A stretch of DNA of 64,000 nt from the human T2T-CHM13v2.0 reference genome, Homo sapiens: the NCBI RefSeq assembly GCF_009914755.1, contig NC_060934.1. The stretch is one strand, 5' to 3'. Position 1 is the stretch's first letter. Each line of letters begins with the position of its first letter. Under the pieces are notes generated by a model that did not search any database, was not told the DNA's origin, and worked only from the letters and a program-made list of their open reading frames with translations. A program made the position numbers and the translations under genes. This document shows, in pieces, positions 1 to 14,197 of the stretch.

Positions 1-1424
1 TGGGTAGCCTCCGTATTGATTAAGAAGGGGACGGGCTTACCTTCCACTGTGAGAGTTACCGGAAGCTCGGCGTCTGTGATGGTCTAGGGGGCTTCCGAGG
101 CGATCAAGCAGTGTCAGTCTTCAGCCGCTAAGCCGAGAAGATCTGGGAAGGAGTCAGTCAGCCTTGGGCCAGAGTTCCAGGGGCTCTGGGAGTGGCTGCC
201 AGGTGAGTTGAACAGTCCGATTTTCAGTGGGGTCCCACACAGATGGGACACGGCTTAGGAGGAATCCCGGGCTGCAGGCATTCCTTGGCCCAGTGGCCAG
301 ATTTCTGGCACATGTAGCAAGCTCCTGTGGGAGGAGGTTCTGGAGGAGCCTGGCCGCTGCGGTTCAGGCATTTGGAAGTTCCTGTGTGCTGGAGATGTGG
401 CTGGGGTTTGTCTCACAGTGGAGGCAAGGAATTGCAACATTTTTCTATTATTGTACACCTTGAAGGCGAGGTTAATTAAATCCTGTTGTGGGGTTTGAGG
501 GCCGGAATTTAATTTTTGGAGTTTTATTTAATGTCTGGAGCAGATTGGGTAATAAAATGTATTTTGAGAATAAGACGGCCTTTTGACCTTTTAGGGTCTA
601 GGGCTGTAAAGTGTCTCAGGGTTGCTGCCAAACAAGTCATGAACTGGGCTGGATTTTTATATTTGATGAAAAAGAGCCTAAACGCTATCTGATTTGGGAT
701 AAAGAAAAAGGAGCATTAAAGTTGACTATGCCTTTGGCTCCAGCCACCTTTTTAAGAGTAAATTGCTGGGCAGGAGGGGGAGGGCTAGTCATGGAACGAA
801 ACTGTAAGCCAGACCAGGTGTGAGGAGGGGAGGTGATGAAAAGATTATAGGGTGGAGGAGCAGAGGCTGAGGAAGAATTGGGACCTAGCTCGGCCTGGCG
901 AGGAGCAGCCTGGGGAGGAAGGGAGAGGTCAGATGGATCTGTAGAAAAGGAAGATTAGAAAGACTCAGCGATGCTTGGGGTTGGTACTGAGGGGACAGGC
1001 GGGAGGGAAAGAAGGAAGATTTGGGATGAGTGGCACTGGGCACAGAGACTAGGAAGGGACTGATGTGTAAAAGAATGCCTGGACGTCAGGCACCTCAGAC
1101 CATTTGGCTATTTTACGACAAGAATTACTTAGATCTTGCAGGATGGAAAAATTCAAAGTGCCATTTTCTGGCTATTTGGAACTACTGTCGAGTTTGTATT
1201 GGGGTCAAGCAGCATTGCAGAAGAAAATAAGGCATTTAGGTTTTAGGTCAGGTGTGAGTTGAAGAGGTTTTAAGTTTTTGAGAACACAGGCCAAGGGAGT
1301 AGAAGGAGGAATGAAGGGTGGAAGGTTGCCTATAGTGAAGGAAGCAAGCCTAGAGAAAAGAGAGAGTAGAGAAACTGAGGGAAGGGGTTCGGGGGTTCTT
1401 ACCTTCCAGAAAAGTGGGAAAAGA

Positions 1425-1600
1425 GGTTGGGGCGCAGAGATAAGAGGTCGGGGCATGGAAATAAGGGATGAAGCACAGAAATAAGGGGTAGGGGCACGGA
1501 AATAAGGGGTCGAGCATGGAAATAAGGGATTGGGGCACAGAGATATAAGAGGTTGGGGCGCGGAAATAAGGGATTGGGGCACAGAGATACGAGGTTGGGG
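1425..1600 (-). repeat. HERV-H pre-gag degenerate tandem repeat (about 20-bp units)
   Basis: Repeated GGGGCA(C/T)(A/G)GA(A/G)ATAAG(G/A)G units on the + strand. Confidence 0.8.
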
Positions 1601-2048
1601 TACTTGCCCATCCTCTAGAAAAGCGGGACTTGCCGCTAAGAGTGAAGGAGAAGGGGTTGAGGGGTACTTGCCCCTCCCCCAGAAAAGCAGAGAAGGGGTA
1701 GAGACAAGGAGAGAAGGGGTTGAGGTACTTGCCCCTTTCCCAGAAAAGTGGGACTTGCTGCTAAGGGTGAAGGACCAAGGCAGGCGTCCCTGCGTGGTCT
1801 GACACCTTTGAAACGTGGGTGAATAATCAGAGAGGCGTCCCTGCAATGATAAAACACCAGGGGAAGGCTGCCTTCCCAGTCCGTGACCAGCGCCGGAGTT
1901 TTGGGTCCACGGATAAAAACATGTCTCCTTTGTCTCTCCCAGAAAATGAAAGGAATTGAAATTAAGAGAAGGGAGAGATTGAAGAGTGGAAAGAAGAAAG
2001 TGGTTGAGGGACAGTGAGAGAGGTTGGAGAAGAGAGTAAGAAGAGGCC

Positions 2049-2057
2049 GCTTACCTG
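2049..2057 (-). promoter_or_regulatory. HERV-H major splice donor
   Basis: Minus strand CAG|GTAAGC about 150 nt downstream of the 5' LTR, the usual position of the HERV-H leader donor. Confidence 0.75.
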
Positions 2058-2180
2058 ATTTAAAATTGGTGAGATGTTCCTTGGGCTGGTCAGTCTGAGG
2101 ACCTGAGGTCGTAGGTGGATCTTTCTCGTGGAGCAAAGAACAGGAGGACAGGGGATTGATCTCCCAAGGGAGGTCCCCCG

Positions 2181-2198
2181 ATCCGAGTCACGGCACCA
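2181..2198 (-). promoter_or_regulatory. Primer binding site complementary to tRNA-His
   Basis: Minus strand TGGTGCCGTGACTCGGAT, 2 nt downstream of the LTR end. Confidence 0.95.
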
Positions 2199-2200
2199 AA

Positions 2201-2651
2201 TTTCATGCACGTCCATGTGAAGAGACCACCAAACAGGCTTTGTGTGAGCAACACGGCTGTTTATTTCACCCGGGTGCAGGCGGACTGAGTCCGAAAAGAG
2301 AGTCGGTGAAGGGAGATAGGGGTGGGGCCGTTTTATAGGATCTGGGTAGGTAAAGGAAAATTAGTCAAAGGGGGGTTGTTCTCTGGCAGGCAGCAGTGGG
2401 GGTCGCAAGGTGCTCAGTGGGGGTGCTTTTTGAGCCAGGATGAGCCAGGAAAAGGACTTTCACAAGGTAATGTCATCACTTAAGGCAAGGACTGGCCATT
2501 TACACTTCTTTTGTGGTGGAATGTCATCAGTTAAGGTGGGGCAGGGCATATTCACTTCTTTTGTGATTCTTCAGTTACTTCAGGTCATCTGGGCGTACAT
2601 GTGCAAGTCACAGGGGATGCGATGGCTTGGCTTGGGCTCAGAGGCCTGACA
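2201..2651 (-). mobile_element. LTR7 (5' LTR of HERV-H)
   Basis: Minus strand starts TGTCAGGCCTCTGAGCCCAAGC and ends CATGAAA; 451 bp. TATAAAA at 2331-2337 and AATAAA at 2260-2265, both on the minus strand. Confidence 0.96.
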
Positions 2652-3710
2652 GTAAACATATTGAAATGCTACTGTACCAGTTAGTACGTATCCTCTGCTA
2701 GTAACCCTCTGACTGCCACCTCAGCTCATTCCTGAGGCCTCTAAACCACACCATAACCTAGGAAGGGACCTAGGACCCTGTGCAGCCTGTGTTCTTTCTG
2801 ACTGGTTAGTGCCCTTAAACTGCTACTTATTAAATATTCTGTATACTATATTTGGTATTAGCTCTGGCAAATACACTAATTTCACTTTCTGGGGAAAAAA
2901 ATCCTTTTCTTCCTTTGTCTCCTAATTTTTGAGAAGCACTCAAGTCTCACCAGTGCACTGCTTCTGAGGAGTTATATGGCATACTGCAGAATAAAAAAGG
3001 GGGCAAAATCCTAAATGACTCTACCTTCAGCTCTGAGCAAGACTACTCTCAGACAAGCCTAGACAGAAACAAAAAATCCTTACCATAAGAACCACATCCT
3101 CCAATGTGTGAGGAGCCCTTTTCTCCCTCATGTAATTTAATTCTCTCTTTCCATTCTTTATTGACCTCAAGCACTCAAGATGCCCTTTAAACTCAATAGT
3201 GCCTTCTCAAAGAGAAAGGTTAAGTGTTTATTTTAAACTCCTAAAGAAGTAAAATATTGAGTAAATTCTACATACATTTGACCTGCTCCACTATTTTTGC
3301 TATAGGGTTCATGAGAAACTGTGATCAACCTGCTCTTTTTCTTTTTGAGTACTGGATTTATTTTGGTAGAAACTTCAATACATATTTATACTTCAGATGG
3401 TGACTCTGAAACACTAAATTGTGTGATTCCCTGTAACACATTTCATAATCTGTCGGGGCAAACTATTTTCAAGTTCTGCTGAAGCTAATTGCCTTTGTAA
3501 ATCAAATTGTTAAATTTGAATTATAGTTTAATTAGGTGGAGTAGAATGCTTGCTGGTCTACTCTATAAACAGTTTTATTCTGTTGTCAAATGAATAGGTC
3601 TGAAATGAACTAAGTTTAAAATAGATTTTTGGTGTTTTGTGGGCCTGCTTTGATATTACTCTTAGTCGTTATATTATGTTAGTATATTTGCATCAGAAAT
3701 CTCTGAAAGG

Positions 3711-4874
<1,164 letters not shown>

Positions 4875-6948
4875 ATCTTAAATATGTAAAACCCTAAGAG
4901 TCCTTCAGAAATTCTTAGAATTAATGAGTAAATTTACTAAAATTTCAGTATACAAAATCAATATATTTAAATTGGTAGCTTTTCCATACATTAACAGTGA
5001 ACTATCTAAAAAAGAAATAAAGAAATCTCATTTATATAATAATAGCTTCACACACACAAAAATTAGATACCTAGGAATAAATTTAACCAAGGAGGTGAAG
5101 CAAGATCTCTACACTAAAAACTATAAAGCACTGATGAAAGAAATTAAAGAGAACAGAAGTAAACAGAAGGATATTCTGTGTTCATGGATTAGAAAATTAA
5201 TATTGTTATATTAAATATTGTTGAAATGCCCATCTACCCAAAGTGATATGCAGATTCAATGTACTTTCTCTCAAAATACTAAGGGCATTCTTTGCAGAAA
5301 TAGAAAAATCAATACTAAAAATTGATATGGAACCATGGAAGACCCTGAATAGCCAAAGCAATCTTAAGCAAAAAGAACAAAGCTGGAAGCATCACACTAC
5401 CTGACTTCAAAATACACTAACAAGCTATAGTAACCAAAACACATGGTACTAGCATAAAAACGGATACACAGATGAATGAACAAAATAGAAAGCCCAGAAA
5501 TAAATCCACATATCAACAGCCAACTGATTTTCAACAAAATGCCAAGAGCACACATTGGGGAATGAACAGTCTCTTCAATAAATGGTCCTGGAAAAACTGG
5601 ATATCCACATGCAGAAGAATGAAACTAGATCCCTATCTCTCACCATATGCAAAAATGAACTTCAAATGGATTAAAGACTTAAACATAAGACCCAAAACTA
5701 TGAAAGTACTAGAAGAACATATAAGGGAAATGCTTCATTACATTGATCTGGGCAATAATTTTTTAGTAAAACCTCAAAAGCACAGGCAACAAAAGCAAAA
5801 ATAAACAAATGAGATTATGTCAAACTCAAAAGCTTCTGCCCAGCAGGGGAAACAATCAACATAGTGAAGAGACAGCCTGCAGAATGGGAGAAAATATTCT
5901 CAAATTATACATCCAACTGGGCATTAATGTCCGGTCTATGTAAGAAACTCAAACAATCCAACAGCAATAAAAAAACAAATAACTTGATTTAAAAATGGGC
6001 TAAAGATCTAAATAGTCATTTCTCAAAGGAAGATTTAGAAATGGGTAACAGGTATATAAAAAATGTTTTTATCACTAATTATCAGGGAAATGTGAATCAG
6101 AACCATGATGAGATTTCACCTCACTCCAGTTAGAATTGCTGTTATCTAAAAGATAAAAGAAAACAAGTATTAGTGAGTATGTGGATAAAAAGGAATCTTA
6201 TTCTTTGTAGGAATGTAAACTAGTACATTTATATGGAAAACAGTATGGAGGTTCCTCAAAAAATTAGAAATAGAGCTGTCCTATGATTCAGTAAATTCAC
6301 TATGGGGTATAAATCCAAAGGAAATGAAACCATGTATTGAAGTGATATCTGGACTTCGGTGTTTATTGCAGCACTATGAAAGATATGAAATCATACCTTG
6401 GCTATTGTAAATAGTGCTGCAATGAAGGAATGGATTAAAAATGTGGAATATATACACAATGAAATACTTTTTAGCTCTAAAAAATAAAATCCTGGCATTT
6501 GTGACAACATGGATAAATCTGGAGGACATTAAGTGAAATAAGTCAAACATAAAAAGCTACATACTGCATGATCTCACTTATATGTGAAATGTAAAATTTT
6601 GTTTCATAAAAACAGAGAGTAGAATATTGGTTACCAGGAGCTGGAGAGGGTAGGAGAAAGGGAGGGATGGGGAAAGATACAAAGTGACAGTTAGAAAGGA
6701 AAAATAAGTTTTGGTATTCTATTTCACATTTTAGGTAAAAATAATATATATTTCAAAATAGCAAAAAGAGGATTTGCATGTTGTCACCACAAAGAAATGA
6801 TAAACATTTATGGTAATAGACTGCTAATTACCCTGATTTGAACATTACACATGTATATATATGTATTGAAACATCACATTTTACTTCATAAATATGTACA
6901 ATTATACATCAATTAAAAGAAAAACTTAAAAAATTTTGAAAAAAAAAA
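4875..6948 (+). mobile_element. L1 (L1MA-like) 3' part: degenerate ORF2 C-terminus, 3'UTR and A-rich tail
   Basis: ORF2-like peptides (RYLGINLTKEVKQDLY; LFNKWSWKNWISTCRRMKLDPYLSPY) broken by stops and frameshifts, then an L1MA-type 3'UTR. Confidence 0.9.
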
Positions 6949-9581
6949 CCAAGGATTGAAAATCCATTAAGTAAACAGTGTCATTGAAGAGCCCAGTTAA
7001 ACATAGAAAAAAAAAAAAAAAACCCAAGCATTTGTGGAATTTCAGCCCAGGTTATCCCTTTCTTTGTCTGATATTCAGGGTAAGGCTTCAGATAGTCCAG
7101 GCAGCCAGTGCTAGGTCAACAGTTGTCTTTGAATCATAAACTCTGAAGGTGTTCAAGAGGCTTAAAAGATAATGATGTGCTCTAACCACCAAAGACACAA
7201 AGAACTCAAAAATATTTGAGATTCAAAGAAAGAAACCAGCAGTGCCAGTTGTACAAAAGCCTATGTAGTCATCTTGCACTGTGAGAAGTGCTAAAAGTTA
7301 GTGTGGAAAATTGGGTACTTGGATATACCAAAATGTAATTATAAGTGATTGCCTTTTGTCATAATGTGGGAAAGGTAAGGCAGAAGATTGAGGAAGAAGA
7401 TCAGAGAGCTCAATGAGGAAACAGATGAACTGAGTCAATGTGTCATTTACTTAAATGGAGATTATACATTCTTTTAAAAACGTACTAGTACTTTCTACCT
7501 ATGCACACCTTTAAAAGGGAAATAATTTTAAAAACGACAGAACTCCAATACAAGTATTTTTATTAATGATAATTACTAAGAATGATTTGATGTAGAAGCC
7601 AAGATACTTCATTGTTCTGAAAGTTTATGGCTTTTGTAAAGAAAGAAAAGTATTTATTTTATCAAAGTGTTGTTTGTTGTAGTAAGGAATACGTTTTACA
7701 CTTGGGTCTAGTACACACATAATTATTTACATGCACAAACCAAACACTTTTCCAGATTATACTTATCTTACTACATGTGCTTTATTTGATGTTTTCTGTT
7801 CTATTCCATTTTTTTAAAATGCTGTTTGCAGCCCTCTAAATAGATTTCTTGATACCTTTAATGGATTGCATAGAACAAGGGACACAGCAGCATACTCCCA
7901 GATGGGGTTACAGCTTCTCTTGGTTCCTTAGACACCATAAAAATGCAAAGCTGCCAGTCATTTCTGTTCATCCTGGTGACAGTTCCGTTATTTCCTTTAA
8001 GAAGCTTCATCTGGGTCCACTGCAGGAAATCTTTAAACCTTTGTGTCAACTCCAAACTGCTTGAGAGGCAGACATACAGCAATTCTGAGGCTCAGCCAGC
8101 CTGTTGGCTTAGTACATTTGGGTGCAAGTCACAAATTAATTTTCTAAATTGTTTACATAGTACCAGTACTTCTTGCCCTAGGTACTTTCACATCTATTCC
8201 TTTCATCCATGTGGGAGCTAGTAAGAATCAATCCCAGCACCTTAATAAGGCAAATTTTAATTATGTGTCTTTGGGATCTGACCATACATAGCTGGTCAGG
8301 ATGAGGCTTAGGCCTGTCTGATATTCTATCCCCACAATATCTGTCCTATCTAGTGGGGATCAGGCTGATTTATAGAGCAACCTAAGGGCTTTAAATACTA
8401 ATGGGTACCTCAGTAGAAACAAGGTCCTGAGACTACTATCAAGGTAGGTAGAAATGTAATGATTCAAGGAGAAAGGACCAAGCACAAATGCCTTGTAGCT
8501 AGAATGTATCACAACACCAGAAAGAGCAAGGCAAAGTTCAAGGTGAAGTAGTTTGAGAAACAATGTTACAGGTAAGTGAGGAATGTTTCATCCAGGGTTG
8601 TTATGACATAAAGGAATGTGACAAGGGACAGCTGTGTACATATAGATTCTTAGCAATGGAAGTGACACAGACTCATATTTGTGCCCAGCTGTTTGTGTCT
8701 TAAATAATCTTGGTGAGCTAGGGAAGTTTGGTGTCTTGAGGGACAGTGATGGACAGGCTCTCTATCCAGAAGTCTTAGATAACTATACTTGATGATTAAA
8801 AGAAAAAAAAACAATTTTTTGTCCACATTTGGGTTTCTACCAAGGAGTTTAGGTTTTCTAGGTGCTCTGAGTCAGCCCCAGAGGAATGGAGGGACACACT
8901 TCATTGATGTTTAGAGCTCTCTTTGTTTGATATCCACATTTTCACTCCTGGGGGCATGATGGTTCTTGCAGGGAGGAGAAAGGCTCTGACTGTGGTTATC
9001 TGGAAACCATCCTTCCTTCCCACGGTAGAGTGATCCTGGTGAAACTTTTAAGCAGTCAAAATGCATGCTGATGTTTGCTGAGATTCTGGTTTTGACTCTT
9101 TAGGATGTGTTTCTGTATTTCTTCTCATCCACAGGACATTAACTAGGGAGATCTCTGAATTTTGAATACAAAGTAAGGTTGGAAGTGAACTTTACTATTG
9201 TGATTTTTTTGTGATAGAGGAGAGAATGGTAAAGACATTAAACTTTAGATTGTTCAGAGGTTGAAGGTCACTGGGTTAATTATATTGGATTTGGAGAATG
9301 ACGCAATAAAAATAAATTCATTTCTATTTTATGAGTTATAAGATTCAGTCACTCTGACCTTCTTTTTTTATGTAAAGTACATGCACTCATCATCTGAGCA
9401 CCTTTACATTTGTGGAGGTATTTGTACCTTTACAAACACTGTTCTCTACACATGGAAAGCCCTTCCCCCTTCTTCCCCATCCAGTGAGGAATCACTGCCT
9501 GCCTCGGAAAAGCTTTGTATTATAGATTATTTGTATACTGTTCTATCTCTGTACACTGAAATTTCCCTAAAAATAATCAAA

Positions 9582-9810
9582 CTAACAATTTATAGGTATA
9601 TCATGATTACAATATGACAGACACTGTGTTTTGTTATTATTAACTCATTCAGTCCTCACAACAATCTGTTTATGGAGGTATGGTTATATTTTGCAGAAAA
9701 GAACATGGCATAGGGAAGTTAAGTGACTTTCTTAGGGTTCCAGAGCTGGATTTGTAACCAGGGAGCCTGCCTCCAGTACCTGTTTAATCACAATGCTATG
9801 CTGACTCTCT
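9582..9810 (-). mobile_element. MIR
   Basis: Antisense MIR core: cctcacaacaatct ... gggaagttaagtgactt. Confidence 0.7.
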
Positions 9811-11250
9811 AATTGTTGACTGTGTCTTGTGTATCTTTGCAGCCTCAGTGTCAAGTGCAGTGTCTCATTCATAGGAGGCACACATAAATAATGTTGGTTT
9901 AATTAATTAAATTAACAAAAGGCTGCACTCTCCTAACCAGATTGTGTATCTCCTCTGCACCTGAAGTTCAGACTTGGTAAAGCAGGATTTTACACATTAA
10001 TTTGAGAAGATCTGGAGGCAAGTTTTTATTCTGCCCAAGAAATGTGGGGAAGTGTTGGATGTAAATAAATAGAGTGTCCCGAGTGGAAGATGAGATGTAG
10101 CGCTTAAATAGAAAATCTCTATAGTATGAGAGATGCGTAATTCCTCATACATAATTCCCGATTATCCCAGATGTCCAGTAGGTTGGGACAGGGTGGTGAT
10201 GGTATGAGGAAGGAAAATTAGAAAAAGTGTTCCAGGATTTATTTATTCTTTTGATATCTTGGTTAATTTGTGGATGATGATATGAGGAACAAAAATTTTC
10301 TTTTAGAGGATAGGAAGGAGAGCATATTAAAATTATAGCCTGAATGAAGTTATCTGTTATCCAAGAAAACAGTTCATAGCAGAACAAATCCTTTCGACAA
10401 TGGTTTTTCCATGAGTGAGAAATGGCCCATTTATGACAACTTTTGTGCACTGAAAAATATTGCTGCACTACTTCTGTGATGAAATCTGTGGTGACCATGG
10501 ATTGGAGATCAGAGTGAGAAGAACTTCTGGTTTACAGATGTGATAGCTAACTGGCTCCAGAATAGATTTTACCTAAAACCTTATATTCCAAACCACCAAA
10601 ATCTAAGGATAGCAATGGTGAGAATTTTATGCTGTTATGAATAGCTTTCAGTCGTTCTTGGCATCTCTAGATAATCTAGGACCAGTCATATCTAATGGAC
10701 AGAGCTTTAACAAACACAAAAGTCCACAGTCAAGAAATGTCTTGCTGGTTGCCTACCTTACTAGCATGGTTTTTGATTAATCAAGCTGTTTGATGATTCA
10801 GTTCTACATGAAAAGGTCTTGCCTTTGGAGTAAATCTGGGATATTAGGGAGAGGTAAGAATTTCCTTTGAGGAACTGACTGATTTTGGCCCCAAAAAGGC
10901 AGATCCCAATATTTTAAATAATGTTCTTCATCTTAATATAGGACTCTTCTTCTGAGATATATCTTCTGAAAGAATAAGGTACAAACCATGACCCAAGATC
11001 ATATTGATTAATCTTAACTCAGCAGATTTCCAATGATTATTCTGTTTCAAACATTTATTAGTCATGCTTTAGTTGAGATGTACATGAGATATACATGTAT
11101 ATGTATATATAAATAAAGCGGGCATACAAAGGTGGTTTATACTTATTGCAGCTATTTTTATAATTAGTAGCAATTACCATAGTATTGGTAATTGCCTGAA
11201 TTAGTAATTGGCCTGAATTACATATGACCTGATCATTAGAAAAATGTCAA

Positions 11251-11400
11251 TTATGGATGATCTATGCTTTAATAAAGACTTAAGCATAACTCCAAACTTA
11301 AATATAGAGGAAATAATGATGTCATATTTTATTGATGATCTATGCTTTAATAAAGACTTAAGCATAACTCCAAACTTAAATATAGAGGAAAAAATGATGT
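11251..11400. repeat. Tandem duplication, period 78 bp
   Basis: 11251-11322 and 11329-11400 are identical except at 2 positions. Confidence 0.95.
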
Positions 11401-11969
11401 AATCTTGGGCTGAAATAATTTAGGGTGAGAATTTATTTCAGAATGATATGTTGTGTTTTAGTTTATATTAACTGAGATTCAATGAGAGATTACATTAGTC
11501 AGAACTGAAAATGAAATTGCTAGTTAAAATATGGTATATTTGATATCAATAACTATGACTGTGATCTAACAAAAGAAAATAAATCATTTATATTCACCAA
11601 GGAGTCACCATCAAGGCCTTCAACAACCACATCCAGTGTTGTAATAAGCCTCTGTCACGTGTCATCAAATAAATATGTGTAGAATTTTAAAATAGCTAAA
11701 TGTACATTTATATATTAATGTTGAATTCTGAGAACGCAAAGGCACACAATATTAACTAGAAAAGCCATACCTTATATTTTAGCAGCAATGAGAAGACAGG
11801 TTTTTTAACTCACAAGTTTTAGAAATAAAAGTTCAAGTTATTGTCTTTGGGGAAATGTATTGCTTAATTTAGACGTGCTGTCAATTTTCTTTATCTATCC
11901 TCCTAATCTCTGATTTATAACTCCGTTTTCTTATTTGAAATGAAGAGGTTTGGGCTAAATCTATCTTCA

Positions 11970-13430
11970 ATCTAGTTATCTTTCAACAAATATATATTGA
12001 ATGCCTATTTTGTGTTAGGCACTGTTCAAACTGAAGCAATGAATATAGCATAAGACCTCCAGGTAACGGGGGGAGGAGTCACAGATAGCAAGCAAAAGAG
12101 TAATAATTTCAGATCATAAAGACTGTGATAGAAGACTCTTCTCGCAGGAGGCTTTGCTGTGGTTTGCAGCTGTGCTGGTTATCACACAGTCATTAAAGCA
12201 TGCAGGAGCATTTTGGCAGCAGCAAACCTTTGGATAGCTTTCTACTATCACAGAAATACAAACAGGGATACAAAGTGAATGGGGTCGGAGTGCACACTGG
12301 TAAGATTGGCCAGAAAAAGGCTTTATGAGGCCCCAGTGATGACAGCAAGATAATGTCAAAAATCTTAAGGAGGAGTGCTAGAGAAAGGACCAGTTGAGTG
12401 CAAAGTCCCTAGAAGGGATCCAGCATGGCACATGCAAGTCACAGAAAAAAAGCCAGCAAGTCTGAAACAGAATCACAAGAGTGATAATGGGAGGGGAAAG
12501 GATGGAGAAGTGAATAGGGGTCAGAATACAGAGAATTTTACAGACCACAATAAATTGTTTATGATTTTACTTGTAGTAAGAAGCCATTGAAAGTTTTTAA
12601 GCAATAAAGTGATTTCAATTGATTTGTTATTTGAAAGGTCACTTTGATGGCAGTGAGAAAAATAGAGGGGATGGTTTGGGGTATGATGAGTAGACAAGTG
12701 ACAGGGAGACCAGATAAGAAGACATTGCAAAGGTCCAAGATAAGATTTTGTCTTGAACAAGGGAAAAAAACAATGGGGATAGTGGAAGAATATTGGGTTT
12801 AGCCCATGAGTTGGAAGTAGAAGCCTTTCTAATAGACTGACTGTGGGCAATATTAATGATGGGGATTAAGGAAGACTACCTCATTTGTGCAATTAGTTTT
12901 GAGTCCCTACTATGTTCCAAGCACAAGGTTAGGCACTGGGGATTTTATGTGTGGTGAACAGAACTAGACACAGTTCTTGCTTTCAGAGGAGTTAAAATCT
13001 GGTGAAAAATAATCATGCAAGTCAATAAACAAGTAGAAGCCTAGAAAAGGGCAATGAAATAGACCTGTGTGGTATTGTAAGTTCATACAATGGAGAGAAC
13101 TAATTTAGCCAGAATGTGTGTGTGTGAGAGAGAGAGAGTGTGTTCATGTGTGTGTGGTGGTGGTGGTAAGGGTGGGTATGCCAGGTGAGAGAAGGCTAAG
13201 ATCTGAAAGAAAAGTAGGATATAACTAGGGAAGCAGCAGTGAAGTATGGCAGTAGGAGTGCTCAGGCCTGGTGGTGGCACAGTCAAGGAACCAATCTCAG
13301 AAGGCTGGCAGGGCTGGAGGGCAAAATCGGGAACAGTGAGAAGAGGTTGGATACTATGGCATTGAGCAGACATGGTCTCGTAGGCCATGTTTGAGAAACT
13401 GGCTTTTATCTTAATAACTATGGAAACCTT
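11970..13430 (-). mobile_element. Degraded L2 fragments, with a (TG)n(AG)n microsatellite at about 13115-13170
   Basis: L2 3'-end motifs (ttcaacaaatatatattgaatgcctattttgtgttaggcactg; gagtccctactatgttccaagcac). Confidence 0.6.
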
Positions 13431-13970
13431 TGAAAGGAAGCTGTCTAATTGCTAAGATTTCTTCTTACTCTAAATTCTGTTTATTTCTTTGATTTAATTT
13501 GAAATATGAAAATGGTAGAGCTGTAAAATAACCTTCAAAAACCAGTGAAAGTGCTGGCATTTGATTAACATAATTAGAGAGCCTCTTAAAGAATCAGCAT
13601 GCAAGATCATCTTCCCCTCAGGTGCAATTAAACGTTTCAGAATAGCTTAGTCATTACAGTCCTGGTGTTACGACACCATAAATATTATCTTTCCCAAACC
13701 TAGAATGCCTTTGGCCACTGTTCCATAGGTTGTTCTGTGACCCCTGGATTTTATGAGCTCATGCAACATGGACATATGTTCGTTCAGTGAATGCCTGTGT
13801 AGGTAAACAGATATTTATATGACAAGTTGAGTTATGAAACACCATATCAGATGATATTAAGAAGATGATTAGATAAGTTTCAAGAATTAAATAGACTAGA
13901 CTATATCTGGATATCCCCACCAAACTTTCAACTCTTTAAGATGAAGAGATTAAGAATATAAAAAATTTAG

Positions 13971-14197
13971 AGTAATTGCTATCAGCTGGGGACAGTTTTG
14001 TTCCCAATGGAGTAATTAGCAATGTCTGGAGATAGTTTTGATTTCTGCAGCTGGGGTTAGGGTGCTACTAGCATCTAGTTGGAAGAGGCTGGCAACTCTG
14101 TTAAACATCCTGCAGCAAAACTGGATGTACAGGACATCTCCCTACAATAAGAACGAATGGCCTCAAAATGTCAATAGTGCTGAGGTTAAGAACCCCT
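13971..14197 (+). mobile_element. MER20 (hAT-Charlie DNA transposon relic)
   Basis: gcaatgtctggaga ... gtgctactagcatctagt ... aaaatgtcaatagtgctgaggttaagaaccc matches the remembered MER20 consensus. Confidence 0.85.

Larger units (their letters stand above)
1..2200 (-). mobile_element. HERV-H internal region (leader, pre-gag, degenerate gag, start of pro); provirus continues beyond the window start
   Basis: tRNA-His PBS next to the LTR. Gag zinc knuckle CYMCQKSGHWAKEC at 278-319. Second knuckle CPICVGPH*KSDC with a stop at 212-250. Protease-like PFLINTEAT at about 1-30, with NTEA in place of DTGA. Confidence 0.95.

Noticed and set aside
1205-2216. Longest ORFs (213 aa and 166 aa, minus strand)
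   Set aside because: They lie in the HERV-H leader and pre-gag repeats, are Pro/Ser-rich low complexity, and contain no recognisable domain.
4924-5804. L1 ORF2-like ORFs
   Set aside because: Fragments of a dead L1 with stops and frameshifts, not a functional gene.
7855-7864. Perfect CArG box CCTTTAATGG in a smooth-muscle gene
   Set aside because: Several are expected by chance in AT-rich DNA of this length, and there is no supporting context.
8569-8577. Isolated consensus donor CAG|GTAAGT
   Set aside because: No convincing upstream acceptor or coding match, and one such 9-mer is plausible by chance in 64 kb.
11256-11400. Box C-like TGATGA/ATGATG motifs in the 78-bp duplication suggesting a snoRNA
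   Set aside because: No properly placed box D (CTGA) with a terminal stem.
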